Below, piece after piece: positions 18,223 through 26,702 of a stretch of DNA of 36,020 nucleotides. Position numbers and translations under genes: made by a program. Numbering within the stretch: the stretch's first letter is position 1; the number at the start of each line of letters is the position of its first letter. Source of the DNA: Candidatus Hodarchaeaceae archaeon (GTDB lineage: Archaea > Hadarchaeota > Hadarchaeia > Hadarchaeales > Hadarchaeaceae); the NCBI GenBank assembly GCA_030018135.1, contig JASEGJ010000011.1:1-36020 (forward strand), read 5' to 3'. Under the pieces are notes generated by a model. The model saw nothing but the letters and a program-made list of their open reading frames with translations. It ran no database searches and had not been told where the DNA came from.

Positions 18223-19811
18223 AATTTTTCCTCCACCATCCTTTCCCAAACCTTGCCCCTCGTCGCGATCAGCGCTGTCATCCGCGCCGCCTGAGCATTA
18301 CTCGGCATTACAACCGCGCCAGCGCCCCTAAGCTTTTCCTCTTGGGAGGTTAGATCCTGGGGATCCTGAGGCGTGCCGCAAACCGAGGCGACCACCGACA
18401 GGTACCTCCCGCCCTCCTCCGCAATTTTCTTCGCCCGTATTATGGTCTTCGCTAAGGCGCCTGCGGGGTCCATATCCGCACCGTGGCCGAGCACGATGTC
18501 CAAAAGGATCACTGCTGTTTCAGGATCAGAGGCCTCGGCCAACATTCGCTTCTGTCTTAGCTCGTGATAGATCATCGGATGAGGTTTGCCAATCTTCGCC
18601 GTGAACTCATCCTCTCCATAGTCGACGAAGGTGTGCTCTCTGCTCCTGTTCGAATCCTCCAATTTCAGCTCAGGCTTCAGGGGTATGTTGGAGTACGCAT
18701 CCCCGATCAAATCTCTCACGATCAACATCGCCTCGTTGCAAAATGTCCCGCCCGAGTAAATGCCTCGGATGTACCGCTGTCCGGGCTCGAGTCTACTGTA
18801 TTCCTCCTCCGCTGTTTTCCTGACCTCGTCGAAGCTTGCGGAGAATATCATGCTTTTCGGCTTTTCTCCCCGCTGGACCGCCATCGCCTTGACCGCCGCA
18901 TCCTCGAGCGTGGTGGCGGGGATCAAGCCGGCTTCCTCTATGATTTTTGGATCTCCTCCGAGAAAACAAACCACAATTGGCTTCCCAACCTGCTTCGCGG
19001 CGTCCAAGACCTTCTTTGACACGGTTGGGGCTGGCGGCTTTGAGATCAAGACGATTGTTTGTGTTCCTGGGTCATCAGCAAGATATTGAATCCCCATGAG
19101 CATGGTAATTCCGCCCACCTCGTCGTGCAGATCGCGACTCCCGGTGCCGATGACATGAGAAACCCCGGGACCTGCACTTATCAGCGATGAAACCGCCTGG
19201 GCTCCGGTTCCCGCGGCCGCGACGATGCCGATGGGGCCCCGATTGACCACGTCCGCGAACCCGAGACCGATCCCATTTATGATCGAGGTACCGCAGTCGG
19301 GCCCCATCACCAACAGGCCCCTCTCCCTCCCTATGCGCTTCAGCCTTACCTCGTTCTCAAGGGGGACGCCATCGCTAAATATCATCACGTGCTTGCCCAG
19401 CTCCAGCGCCCGTTCGGCCTCCCTGGCGGCGAACGCGCCGGGCACCGAAACAAGGACGAGGTTGGAGTCCGGCCTTGCCTCGGCTGCGGCGTCCAACGTC
19501 CTGTAAATAACTTCGACCTTTTCCGCTAACTCCTTCGCTGCCTCAACCATCATCTCCCTAGCCTTCGAGATCACCTCCTCAGCGCGCTCGGGGCTCACTG
19601 TATCGACCACGATGGCGAGGTCGTTTGGACCAGCGCGCTCGACCTCATCGGTGAGCGTGCCAGCCTCCCTGAGCAAACATTTGTTGGCATCCGTCGCCAT
19701 CAACGCCGATGCCTGTCGAACGCCATCCAAACTTCCGAGCTGCTGGGATATGCGCATCAGGAAGATGGAATCCCGGTACTCGCCCTTGTACACGCGGCTC
19801 CTGATAACCAT
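18219..19811 (-). CDS. fdrA: FdrA (AllF)-family acyl-CoA synthetase-like protein
   Basis: 'YRDSIFLM', 'SVPGAFAA', 'MIFSD', 'LLVMGPDCGT', 'LISKPP', 'SGGTFCNE', 'DEFT...PHPMI', 'DIVLGHG'. Confidence 0.9.
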   Translation of the reverse strand: MVIRSRVYKGEYRDSIFLMRISQQLGSLDGVRQASALMATDANKCLLREAGTLTDEVERAGPNDLAIVVDTVSPERAEEVISKAREMMVEAAKELAEKVEVIYRTLDAAAEARPDSNLVLVSVPGAFAAREAERALELGKHVMIFSDGVPLENEVRLKRIGRERGLLVMGPDCGTSIINGIGLGFADVVNRGPIGIVAAAGTGAQAVSSLISAGPGVSHVIGTGSRDLHDEVGGITMLMGIQYLADDPGTQTIVLISKPPAPTVSKKVLDAAKQVGKPIVVCFLGGDPKIIEEAGLIPATTLEDAAVKAMAVQRGEKPKSMIFSASFDEVRKTAEEEYSRLEPGQRYIRGIYSGGTFCNEAMLIVRDLIGDAYSNIPLKPELKLEDSNRSREHTFVDYGEDEFTAKIGKPHPMIYHELRQKRMLAEASDPETAVILLDIVLGHGADMDPAGALAKTIIRAKKIAEEGGRYLSVVASVCGTPQDPQDLTSQEEKLRGAGAVVMPSNAQAARMTALIATRGKVWERMVEEKL

Positions 19812-20025
19812 TCCAATCCTCCAACATTCATTAGACCAATGCCAAAAATCTCATATAAATCATTCGCTGTTTTTGGCCTTGACGCGGAGAATTGCCGCGA
19901 GACCTGTGGCCGTTCCACTTGAATATCCCACTGGGAAAGCTCGCGCGGCGTGCGCAAAAAAATCGCTCCCCACTCCCTAATCTTTATAAGTTCCCACTAA
20001 GTCATTCCCTTTAGGAGGCTAGAAA

Positions 20026-20850
20026 ATGGACAAATTGCTCGAGTTGTTCGAAGGAAAGAAGGTGGAGATGTACGACCTCTCGCAGCCGCTCGGAATCCAC
20101 ACGCCCTTCTGGCCCTACTACCCGCCATTCGAGGTGAAGTACTTCAAGCGAAAGCCCGAGCACGGGGTGAACGCACAGTACATCCAGAGCTCGCTCCACA
20201 TCGGGACCCACCTGGACGCTCCGAGGCACTTCCTTACCGGGGGCAAGACCATCGATCAATTGCCTCTGGAGTGGATGTGCGGTCCGGGGGTCGTTGTGGA
20301 CCTTAGGGATGAAATGGACGACCTAGCCATCTACACCCCGGAGATGATCGAGAAGCGAGTGGATGTCCACGAGGGAGACATCCTCATCCTCCACACAGGT
20401 TTCGAGAAATACGCATGGTGCGGATCGGAACCGGATGAGGAACGCTATATTCACCGACATCCAGGGGCCGACCGACGAATGGTGGATTGGCTGATAAAGA
20501 AGAAAATACACATCTGGGGGATGGACTGCGTTTCCACGGACCACCCGATGAACTTACCCATAGGCAGATTTCTGGGGAAGGGGACCTTCGGCCAGTGTGA
20601 GAGGGTCCGGGCTCTGTGCGAGAAGAAGTTCGGTGGCAAGGAAGCGGTGGACAAACTCTTCCCACCCGAGGACTACCAGCTGACGCACAACAAGCTGTTT
20701 CCCTACGATTGTATCCACCTTGAGAACCTCGGAGGTCAGATCGCAGCTCCGGAGATCCAAAACAAGCGTCTCGTCATAAGCTGCTTCCCGTGGCTGTTCG
20801 AGGGCGGTGAGTCCGCCTGGTGCCGGGTCGTAGCATTTCTCAGCGAGTGA
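20026..20850 (+). CDS. Cyclase-family (kynurenine formamidase/isatin hydrolase-like) metal hydrolase
   Basis: HxGTHxDxPxH motif 'HIGTHLDAPRH', 'GDILILHTG', 'HLENL'. SD AGGAGG and TATA TTTATAAG at about 19983. Confidence 0.88.
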   Translation: MDKLLELFEGKKVEMYDLSQPLGIHTPFWPYYPPFEVKYFKRKPEHGVNAQYIQSSLHIGTHLDAPRHFLTGGKTIDQLPLEWMCGPGVVVDLRDEMDDLAIYTPEMIEKRVDVHEGDILILHTGFEKYAWCGSEPDEERYIHRHPGADRRMVDWLIKKKIHIWGMDCVSTDHPMNLPIGRFLGKGTFGQCERVRALCEKKFGGKEAVDKLFPPEDYQLTHNKLFPYDCIHLENLGGQIAAPEIQNKRLVISCFPWLFEGGESAWCRVVAFLSE

Positions 20851-21170
20851 ACATGACTGGGGCGATTGGCGCATCGGCTTGGCGAGAGTAGTCATATTTG
20901 GAATTGCCAGAAAATCCAAGCAGTACGCAAACTCTTAGGAAGAATAGCGTTCACGGTTAAAACAACAAAACCTCGCCGTGATTCATCAGCGTCAAGACGG
21001 GCGTCCTCCATTCGCCCCCAAGATTTTTCTTTCTTCACGAGCCCTTCTACTTCTGATTCTGAGGGTTTCGGGGGAAATCGATCAGCTCGTGAACCCCCTG
21101 AGTAACGCGCACGATGGCGAGGCAGGCTGTATCATCCCTCGAAGACTGCCATTCACGGGAGCCGAGGAAT

Positions 21171-21548
21171 TTAAAAACCGTATGTTATCACTCGCGCGCC
21201 GTAGCTGCAGAGCTTCAGTTGCTTGCAGCTCCTGCAGAGGCCATAGAGCTCCTTTATGGCACCGCTTCTCGCCAGCTCCCTCGCCTTTTCGCACGCCTCG
21301 AGCCTAAGCTCCCGGCCGACACCAAACGCGAGCAGCGTTAGGGTGCCCTTTATCCCATCTATGCTGTGGACCTTCGCGGGGATTATCTCGGTCAGCTTCT
21401 CGAACTTTTCAGCCTCGATTTTTGCCAGGATGGCATACGGCCCGGCGACGGAGTAAGCTTCAACGACCTCGTCTATTTTCAACAGCTCGCTCAGGACGTC
21501 GTCTATCCTGCCGATCTCAGCATTTATCAGGACAAAAGCTATGGGCAT
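21171..21548 (-). CDS. Lrp/AsnC RAM domain with Cys-rich C-terminal extension
   Basis: RAM domain in residues 1-76, then 'ACEKA...LCRSCKQLKLCSYG'. Confidence 0.8.
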   Translation of the reverse strand: MPIAFVLINAEIGRIDDVLSELLKIDEVVEAYSVAGPYAILAKIEAEKFEKLTEIIPAKVHSIDGIKGTLTLLAFGVGRELRLEACEKARELARSGAIKELYGLCRSCKQLKLCSYGARVITYGF

Positions 21549-21561
21549 TTTCGGCCTCCAT

Positions 21562-21792
21562 TCACTCGAACGCGAACAACGTCACGGTATTCTTTATCCC
21601 GCCGATCTTGTGCAACTTTTGAGTGACACTTTCCGCGACCCTTTCAAACTTCTCCGCCTGAAGCTTCACCACGATATCGTGTGGCCCGGCGACGGAGTAA
21701 GCTTCAACGACCCCGTCGATTTTCCGCAACTCGCTCAATATTCCGCGAATTTTTCCGACCTCGGCATTTATCAAAACAAATGCGACGGGCAT
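21562..21792 (-). CDS. Stand-alone Lrp/AsnC RAM domain protein
   Basis: 76 aa with 'AFVLINAEVG..EAYSVAGPHDIVVK'. SD GAGGAGGTGA. Confidence 0.88.
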   Translation of the reverse strand: MPVAFVLINAEVGKIRGILSELRKIDGVVEAYSVAGPHDIVVKLQAEKFERVAESVTQKLHKIGGIKNTVTLFAFE

Positions 21793-21804
21793 GCATTCAC
21801 CTCC

Positions 21805-23160
21805 TCATTTCGGTAATTTGGCAAGCGCCTGTTTGACCAGCTCGGCCGGATACTCATAGTCGATCAACTTGCCCGTGAGATATGCGTCGTAGGCCGCTAG
21901 GTCGAAGTGCCCATGCCCGCTGTTGGCAAATAGTATCACCTTCTCCTCGCCAGTTTTTTTGCACCTCAAGGCCTCATCTATGGCGGCCTTCACGCAGTGC
22001 GCGGTCTCAGGCGCCACGACGAAGCCCTCGGTTCGCGCAAATAGGACCGCTGCCTCGAAAACTTCGTTTTGGTGATACGCGGCCGCCTCCACGAACCCAT
22101 CTTTCACCAGCTTGCAGAGCAGTGGGGCATCGCCGTGATATCTGAGCCCACCCGCATGGATTGGCGGCGGGACGAACTCGTGCCCCAACGTATACATCTT
22201 CAGAAGCGGCGTGAGCTTAGCGGTGTCGCCGTGATCGTACGTGTAAGGGCCCTTCGTCAGGGTTGGGCAAGCCTTGGGCTCGCAGGCCACAGCTCTCAGC
22301 TCCGGCTTCTCACCACTTAGCTTGTCTGCGACGAATGGGAAACAGGCACCTGAAAAATTGCTCCCCCCGCCGACGCAGCCGAAGATGACATCGGGGTAGT
22401 CGTCGGCCATCTCAAATTGCTTCTTGCACTCGAGCCCAACGATGGTTTGGTGCAACAAGACATGGTTTAGCACACTTCCCAGCGAATATTTCGCGTCCTC
22501 GTGCGTCGCGGCATCCTCGATCGCCTCCGAAATCGCGATCCCCAAGCTCCCCGGGCACTCGGGATCTGCCTCCAGCATTTTCTTTCCGAATTGTGTTCTA
22601 TTGCTGGGACTGGGTATGCACTCCGCGCCCCATGTTTCCATCAATATCCTGCGGTATGGCTTTTGCTCGTAGCTCACCCTGACCATGTAGATCGTGCAAT
22701 CCAAATCGAATAGACAGGTGGCGAAGGCCAGCGAACTCCCCCATTGCCCAGCACCAGTTTCCGTGGCAAGCCTCGCGACGCCCTGTTTCATGTTGTAGTA
22801 GGCTTGCGCCACGGCGGTGTTCGGCTTGTGACTCCCCGGCGGGCTCACCCCTTCCCACTTGAAATAGATCCTCGCGGGGGTCTTCAGGGCTTTCTCTAGC
22901 TTCACCGCCCGATACAGTGGAGTGGGCCTCCACAATCGGTAGACATCTAGGACCTCTTCTGGTATTGGGATCCATCTCTCTGTACTGACCTCTTGTTTTA
23001 TCAACTCCACCGGAAAAATCGGCTCCAAGTCCGATGCCTTCACCGGCTCCTTCGTGGCGGGATTTATCGGCGGATCCAGTGGCGTTGGAAGATCCGCTTG
23101 GATGTTATACCATTTCCTCGGTATCTCGTCCTCGTCGAGCAGGAACTTCGTGTTTTCCAT
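21805..23160 (-). CDS. trpB2: Tryptophan synthase beta chain, TrpB2 type
   Basis: 'IPRKWYNI', PLP lysine 'GSHKPN', 'TETGAGQWG', '[10 protein letters not shown]', 'GGGSNF', 'HAGGLRYHG', 'SGHG'. Start at ATG 23160 (MENTKF). No trpA in the window. Confidence 0.95.
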   Translation of the reverse strand: MENTKFLLDEDEIPRKWYNIQADLPTPLDPPINPATKEPVKASDLEPIFPVELIKQEVSTERWIPIPEEVLDVYRLWRPTPLYRAVKLEKALKTPARIYFKWEGVSPPGSHKPNTAVAQAYYNMKQGVARLATETGAGQWGSSLAFATCLFDLDCTIYMVRVSYEQKPYRRILMETWGAECIPSPSNRTQFGKKMLEADPECPGSLGIAISEAIEDAATHEDAKYSLGSVLNHVLLHQTIVGLECKKQFEMADDYPDVIFGCVGGGSNFSGACFPFVADKLSGEKPELRAVACEPKACPTLTKGPYTYDHGDTAKLTPLLKMYTLGHEFVPPPIHAGGLRYHGDAPLLCKLVKDGFVEAAAYHQNEVFEAAVLFARTEGFVVAPETAHCVKAAIDEALRCKKTGEEKVILFANSGHGHFDLAAYDAYLTGKLIDYEYPAELVKQALAKLPK

Positions 23161-23278
23161 CCTCGACCCTCGCCTCACTTCCTTTGTTGTATTATTTAAA
23201 GCTTTTTGGCACAATTTTGTACCTTAATAAATTATATGGGGAGGGCAAAACTACCTAATCAACGATGATGGGATTTAA

Positions 23279-23920
23279 TTGATAGAAACTATAGCTCAGT
23301 TTCCCATTGGTTTTATCGTGGCGCTGTCCGGCGTCCTGCTGCCCGGCCCATTGCTAGCGTTCGTCGTGGTCAAGACAATTTCAGGCGGCGCAAGGATTGG
23401 CACCTCCGCCGCGGTGGGTCACATCCTGGTCGAGCTCGGGATAGTTTCGCTAGTTTGTCTCGGCTTGGGCTTCGTGCTCCGGAGCCAAGCCTTCCAAGTT
23501 GGGGTAGGTGCACTTGGGGGGGGCCTACTTTTAATTCTTGGGGTTCTCAACCTCGTGCAGGTTTGGAGAATTCGTGAATTTAAACCGGAGATCGCGGGGG
23601 TGAGACATCATGCGATCATTGGAGGCGTGCTCTTCAGTACCGTCTTGAACCCAAGCGTGATCCTGTGGTGGGCAACGATCGGCTTAGCTATGCTCACCGA
23701 GGCATTTCTGACGGCGGCGGCGATCGGCGCCGCGCTTTGGTTGACTGGGCATTTCCTCGCGGACCTAGGTTGGTATTCATTCGTCTCGTACTCGATAACC
23801 AAGGGAAAGTGGTTGATGGGAAGCAGGGGCTACAAGGGACTTTTAATCGCTTGTGGATGCGTTTTGCTCCTCTTTGGGATCTACTTCATCATCAAATTTT
23901 GGTCGATTTTGATTGATTGA
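23279..23920 (+). CDS. LysE-family amino-acid exporter
   Basis: 'LSGVLLPGP', 'GH...E', 'LNP...WW..IG', 'GH...D..WY'. About 6 hydrophobic segments. Confidence 0.88.
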   Translation: MIETIAQFPIGFIVALSGVLLPGPLLAFVVVKTISGGARIGTSAAVGHILVELGIVSLVCLGLGFVLRSQAFQVGVGALGGGLLLILGVLNLVQVWRIREFKPEIAGVRHHAIIGGVLFSTVLNPSVILWWATIGLAMLTEAFLTAAAIGAALWLTGHFLADLGWYSFVSYSITKGKWLMGSRGYKGLLIACGCVLLLFGIYFIIKFWSILID

Positions 23921-24557
23921 GTTGGCGGCGTATTAAAAAATCGTGCGTCCGCGCGCCCAGCTCATGGACTTTAACGCCCAGCAAATCCGCCACATCATCG
24001 ACATCAAAGGCGACGGCGCGCGAGCGATAAATGCGCGGCCTTATGCCAGCCTTGCGGGCCTCCATCAGATGAACTGGAAAGCTTTCCCCCCCAAATCGTG
24101 GCTCCATCACATTAGGCGGCCTTAGAAACATGGCATTCGTGCCGTTGTCCTTCGACGGTGCCAGCACGATATCTTGGGGTGAAGATGCCATCGCGACGAT
24201 GTTTTCCACATCCGAGTGGCTTAAAAGCGGGAGGTCGGAGGGGATTATCAGCACAGAAGTCGCGCCCTTTGACAAGGCATGCAGAATGGCCAGCTTTATC
24301 GCTTCATTGAGCCCAACGCCCGGCTCGAGAAAACCGAGGGCGCCATTTTCCTTTGCGAAGCTCAAAACCTCCTCATCTGGGGACACGACGATTATGCCAG
24401 CTGCCGAGGGCGCACAGCGGACGGCCTCTAGCACGTCTGCAAGCATGCGGAGCGCTATTTCGCGGCGCTGGTCGTCGGTCAGTACGCCACTTAAGCTCGA
24501 CTTCGCCTCGCTCAAGCGCTTGGCGGGCACGATCGCCCACATCGACATGTCCATCAA
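23892..24557 (-). CDS. cofC: 2-phospho-L-lactate/PEP guanylyltransferase
   Basis: 'AIVPAKRLSEAKSSLS', 'MLADVL', 'GLNEA', 'SDLPLL', 'GTNA', 'FDVDDVADL'. F420 gene context. Confidence 0.92.
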   Translation of the reverse strand: MMDMSMWAIVPAKRLSEAKSSLSGVLTDDQRREIALRMLADVLEAVRCAPSAAGIIVVSPDEEVLSFAKENGALGFLEPGVGLNEAIKLAILHALSKGATSVLIIPSDLPLLSHSDVENIVAMASSPQDIVLAPSKDNGTNAMFLRPPNVMEPRFGGESFPVHLMEARKAGIRPRIYRSRAVAFDVDDVADLLGVKVHELGARTHDFLIRRQLNQSKSTKI

Positions 24558-24597
24558 GCACTTTTATGGCATCGTGCATCTTTATGTTGGTGTCCAT

Positions 24598-25734
24598 TTG
24601 GGTTTCGATGAAGCACTCGTCAGAATTTGCAACCATGAACCAACGCTCGAGGATCTAACACTCTTGCTTCGATCGACAGACAATCAGCTGACCGAATTGA
24701 TCAACCAAGCATCGGATGTTCGTGAGCTGGGGGGGCGCGAGGTCAGCTATTCGCGCAATGTTTTTTTGCCAATCACAAACCTGTGCCGCAATCGCTGCTG
24801 GTACTGTGGCTTTAGGCGCGACCCGGGCGACTCCGAGGCTTGGTTCATGTCGCTTGGGCGGGTTGCCGAACTCCTCGAGCGCGCGAGGGATGCCGCTTGT
24901 TCGGAGGCGCTTTTCACGCTCGGCGAGAGACCCGAGGTCCATGCGGAGGTCGGACGAGCACTCCGCGAGCTAGGGTATGAAATGATGATCGATTACCTGG
25001 AGGACCTTTGCCAATTTACGCTGAGTTTGGGATTGCTGCCTCACACGAATGTGGGCGTCATAAGTGAACGCGAGATGCGACGCCTGCGAAGGTTGAATGC
25101 AAGCATGGGGCTGATGTTGGAGTGCGCCGCGGATCTACCCGCGCACAGGGATAGCCCGGGCAAGGATCCACTTTTACGTCTGGAGGTGATAGAAACGGCC
25201 GGCAAGCTACGAGTGCCCTTCACCACCGGCCTGCTCATAGGCATAGGTGAGAGCTTCGAGGATCGGGCGCTCTCTTTGCTCTCGATTAAAAAAATTCATG
25301 ATGAGTACGGTCATATCCAAGAGATCATCATTCAAAATTTCGTGCCCAAGCCGAACACCCCGATGGCAAACTGCCCCGGCCCGAGCATCGAGGAGTTGTT
25401 AGCGATAGTTGCGACGGCGCGATTGTTGATGCCCGAGATGAACATCCAGGTGCCGCCGAACTTGCTGGATTTCAAGTGTGGACTTGAAACTTTCCTTTTG
25501 GCGGGCGCAAACGATCTGGGTGGGATCTCGTCCGTGACGCCAGATTTCATCAATCCCGATCACCCTTGGCCTAGCGTCGTCGAACTCCGAGCTTCGATCG
25601 AGCGGGCTGGGTTCGTCCCATGCGAGCGGTTGCCAATTTACCCACGCTACGCGAGAAACCCGAAGTTCATGTCGAGGGAGGTGAGAAAAGTTGTGCAAGA
25701 TCTTGCAGACGAGAACGGTTACCGCAGGGGCTAA
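24598..25734 (+). CDS. cofG: FO synthase subunit 1 (radical SAM)
   Basis: 'SYSRNVFLPITNLCRNRCWYCGF', 'EALFTLGERP', 'LLPHTN', 'NASMGLMLE', 'FTTGLLIGIGE', 'IQVPPNL'. Start reassigned to TTG 24598 because the track extension overlaps cofC antisense. Confidence 0.93.
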   Translation: MGFDEALVRICNHEPTLEDLTLLLRSTDNQLTELINQASDVRELGGREVSYSRNVFLPITNLCRNRCWYCGFRRDPGDSEAWFMSLGRVAELLERARDAACSEALFTLGERPEVHAEVGRALRELGYEMMIDYLEDLCQFTLSLGLLPHTNVGVISEREMRRLRRLNASMGLMLECAADLPAHRDSPGKDPLLRLEVIETAGKLRVPFTTGLLIGIGESFEDRALSLLSIKKIHDEYGHIQEIIIQNFVPKPNTPMANCPGPSIEELLAIVATARLLMPEMNIQVPPNLLDFKCGLETFLLAGANDLGGISSVTPDFINPDHPWPSVVELRASIERAGFVPCERLPIYPRYARNPKFMSREVRKVVQDLADENGYRRG

Positions 25735-25879
25735 ATCGCTGAATCTGCGTGATTCGGAGGATATATCAGCAATCCGCGTTACGGATCGGAGCGCTTATAG
25801 GTTACTTTCGGTCCCCTCTCCCCCCCAAAACCGTTTAAAAGCGTCCCCTAAATCACGAGCGGAAAACGAAACGTGGAGG

Positions 25880-26701
25880 GTGATAACGATCGAGCGCCAC
25901 CTGAAACGACGAGGAAATTATCTGCGCAAGAAAATCTCTTTTCGTGTTTTAAAACAAATGTATGGGGATGCCCTTCAGTTCCACCAAAAACGCGGATGGG
26001 GAGCCAGAAGAATCGCAAAATTGTTGACGCAACGTTATCAAACCGTGCAGAACTATGGACGCGAGTTTTCGTGGATTACTGTTGGCGGTTGGCTATACAA
26101 AGGTCATAACCCACTTAACGTTGTTAACACGTTGGACTGGAGCAAGCGATACGAGCTCGGATATCTAATCGGCGCTAGACTCAGCGATGCGTCCCCAGTC
26201 ATTGGGAAGAGGTGCAATAATTATGGACTCGAAACGGCGTCAAAAGACAAAGATTACGCTTTAGAACTCGCGCGGGTAGGCACAAAAGCTCACCAAAAGG
26301 ATAAGCCGTATGTAGTGCGTCGGTATGCCGGCGGCCATTGGCGTGTTTACGTATCCGGCGGAGAACTCGCTGAGTTACTTTCCATGGATCTGATGAAACT
26401 AAAACCATTCATAGAAGGTGACGCAAAAATTGCAAAAGGAGTTACACGCTCGTTCTTTGATGGCGACGGAAGTGTGGGTGGAAGAAATATCTCTGCTTAC
26501 GGAGATAGAGAAACGCTCGAATTCATCGTCGGCCTCTTGCGCAAACATTTCATGATAAATGCGTACGTTTTGTCAAAGCCCGTCTACAGGCTCCACATCC
26601 CCCGTAGATACTGGTTGGATTTCTATGAGGAGATAGGTTTCGCTATTCGCAGAAAGCAAAGAGTCTTGGCTGAGTTAATCAAAGAGCGTAAGGTGTTCTA
26701 A
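25880..26701 (+). mobile_element. Free-standing double-motif LAGLIDADG endonuclease-like gene with N-terminal HTH-like region
   Basis: Motifs 'LGYLIGARLSDAS' and 'GVTRSFFDGDGSV', late block 'FYEEIGFAIRRKQ'. Own BRE/TATA (AAAACCGTTTAAAA at about 25827-25840). Visibly more AT-rich than cofG/cofH. Start approximate. Confidence 0.8.
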
Positions 26702-26702
26702 G

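Noticed and set aside
18049-18249. FdrA split as a frameshift pseudogene
   Set aside because: The small ORF has its own SD and ATGA coupling, which fits a genuine separate gene.
19912-19925. GTTCCACTTGAATA as an ORB element
   Set aside because: Single imperfect copy inside a metabolic divergent promoter with no initiator gene. Better explained as a regulator site.
20554-21307. Short ORFs (70-121 aa) in or near the cyclase-Lrp gap
   Set aside because: No recognisable motifs or SD, and they overlap real genes.
24130-24597. N-terminal extension making CofG 534 aa
   Set aside because: Antisense to cofC. CofG-like sequence begins only after about 24598.
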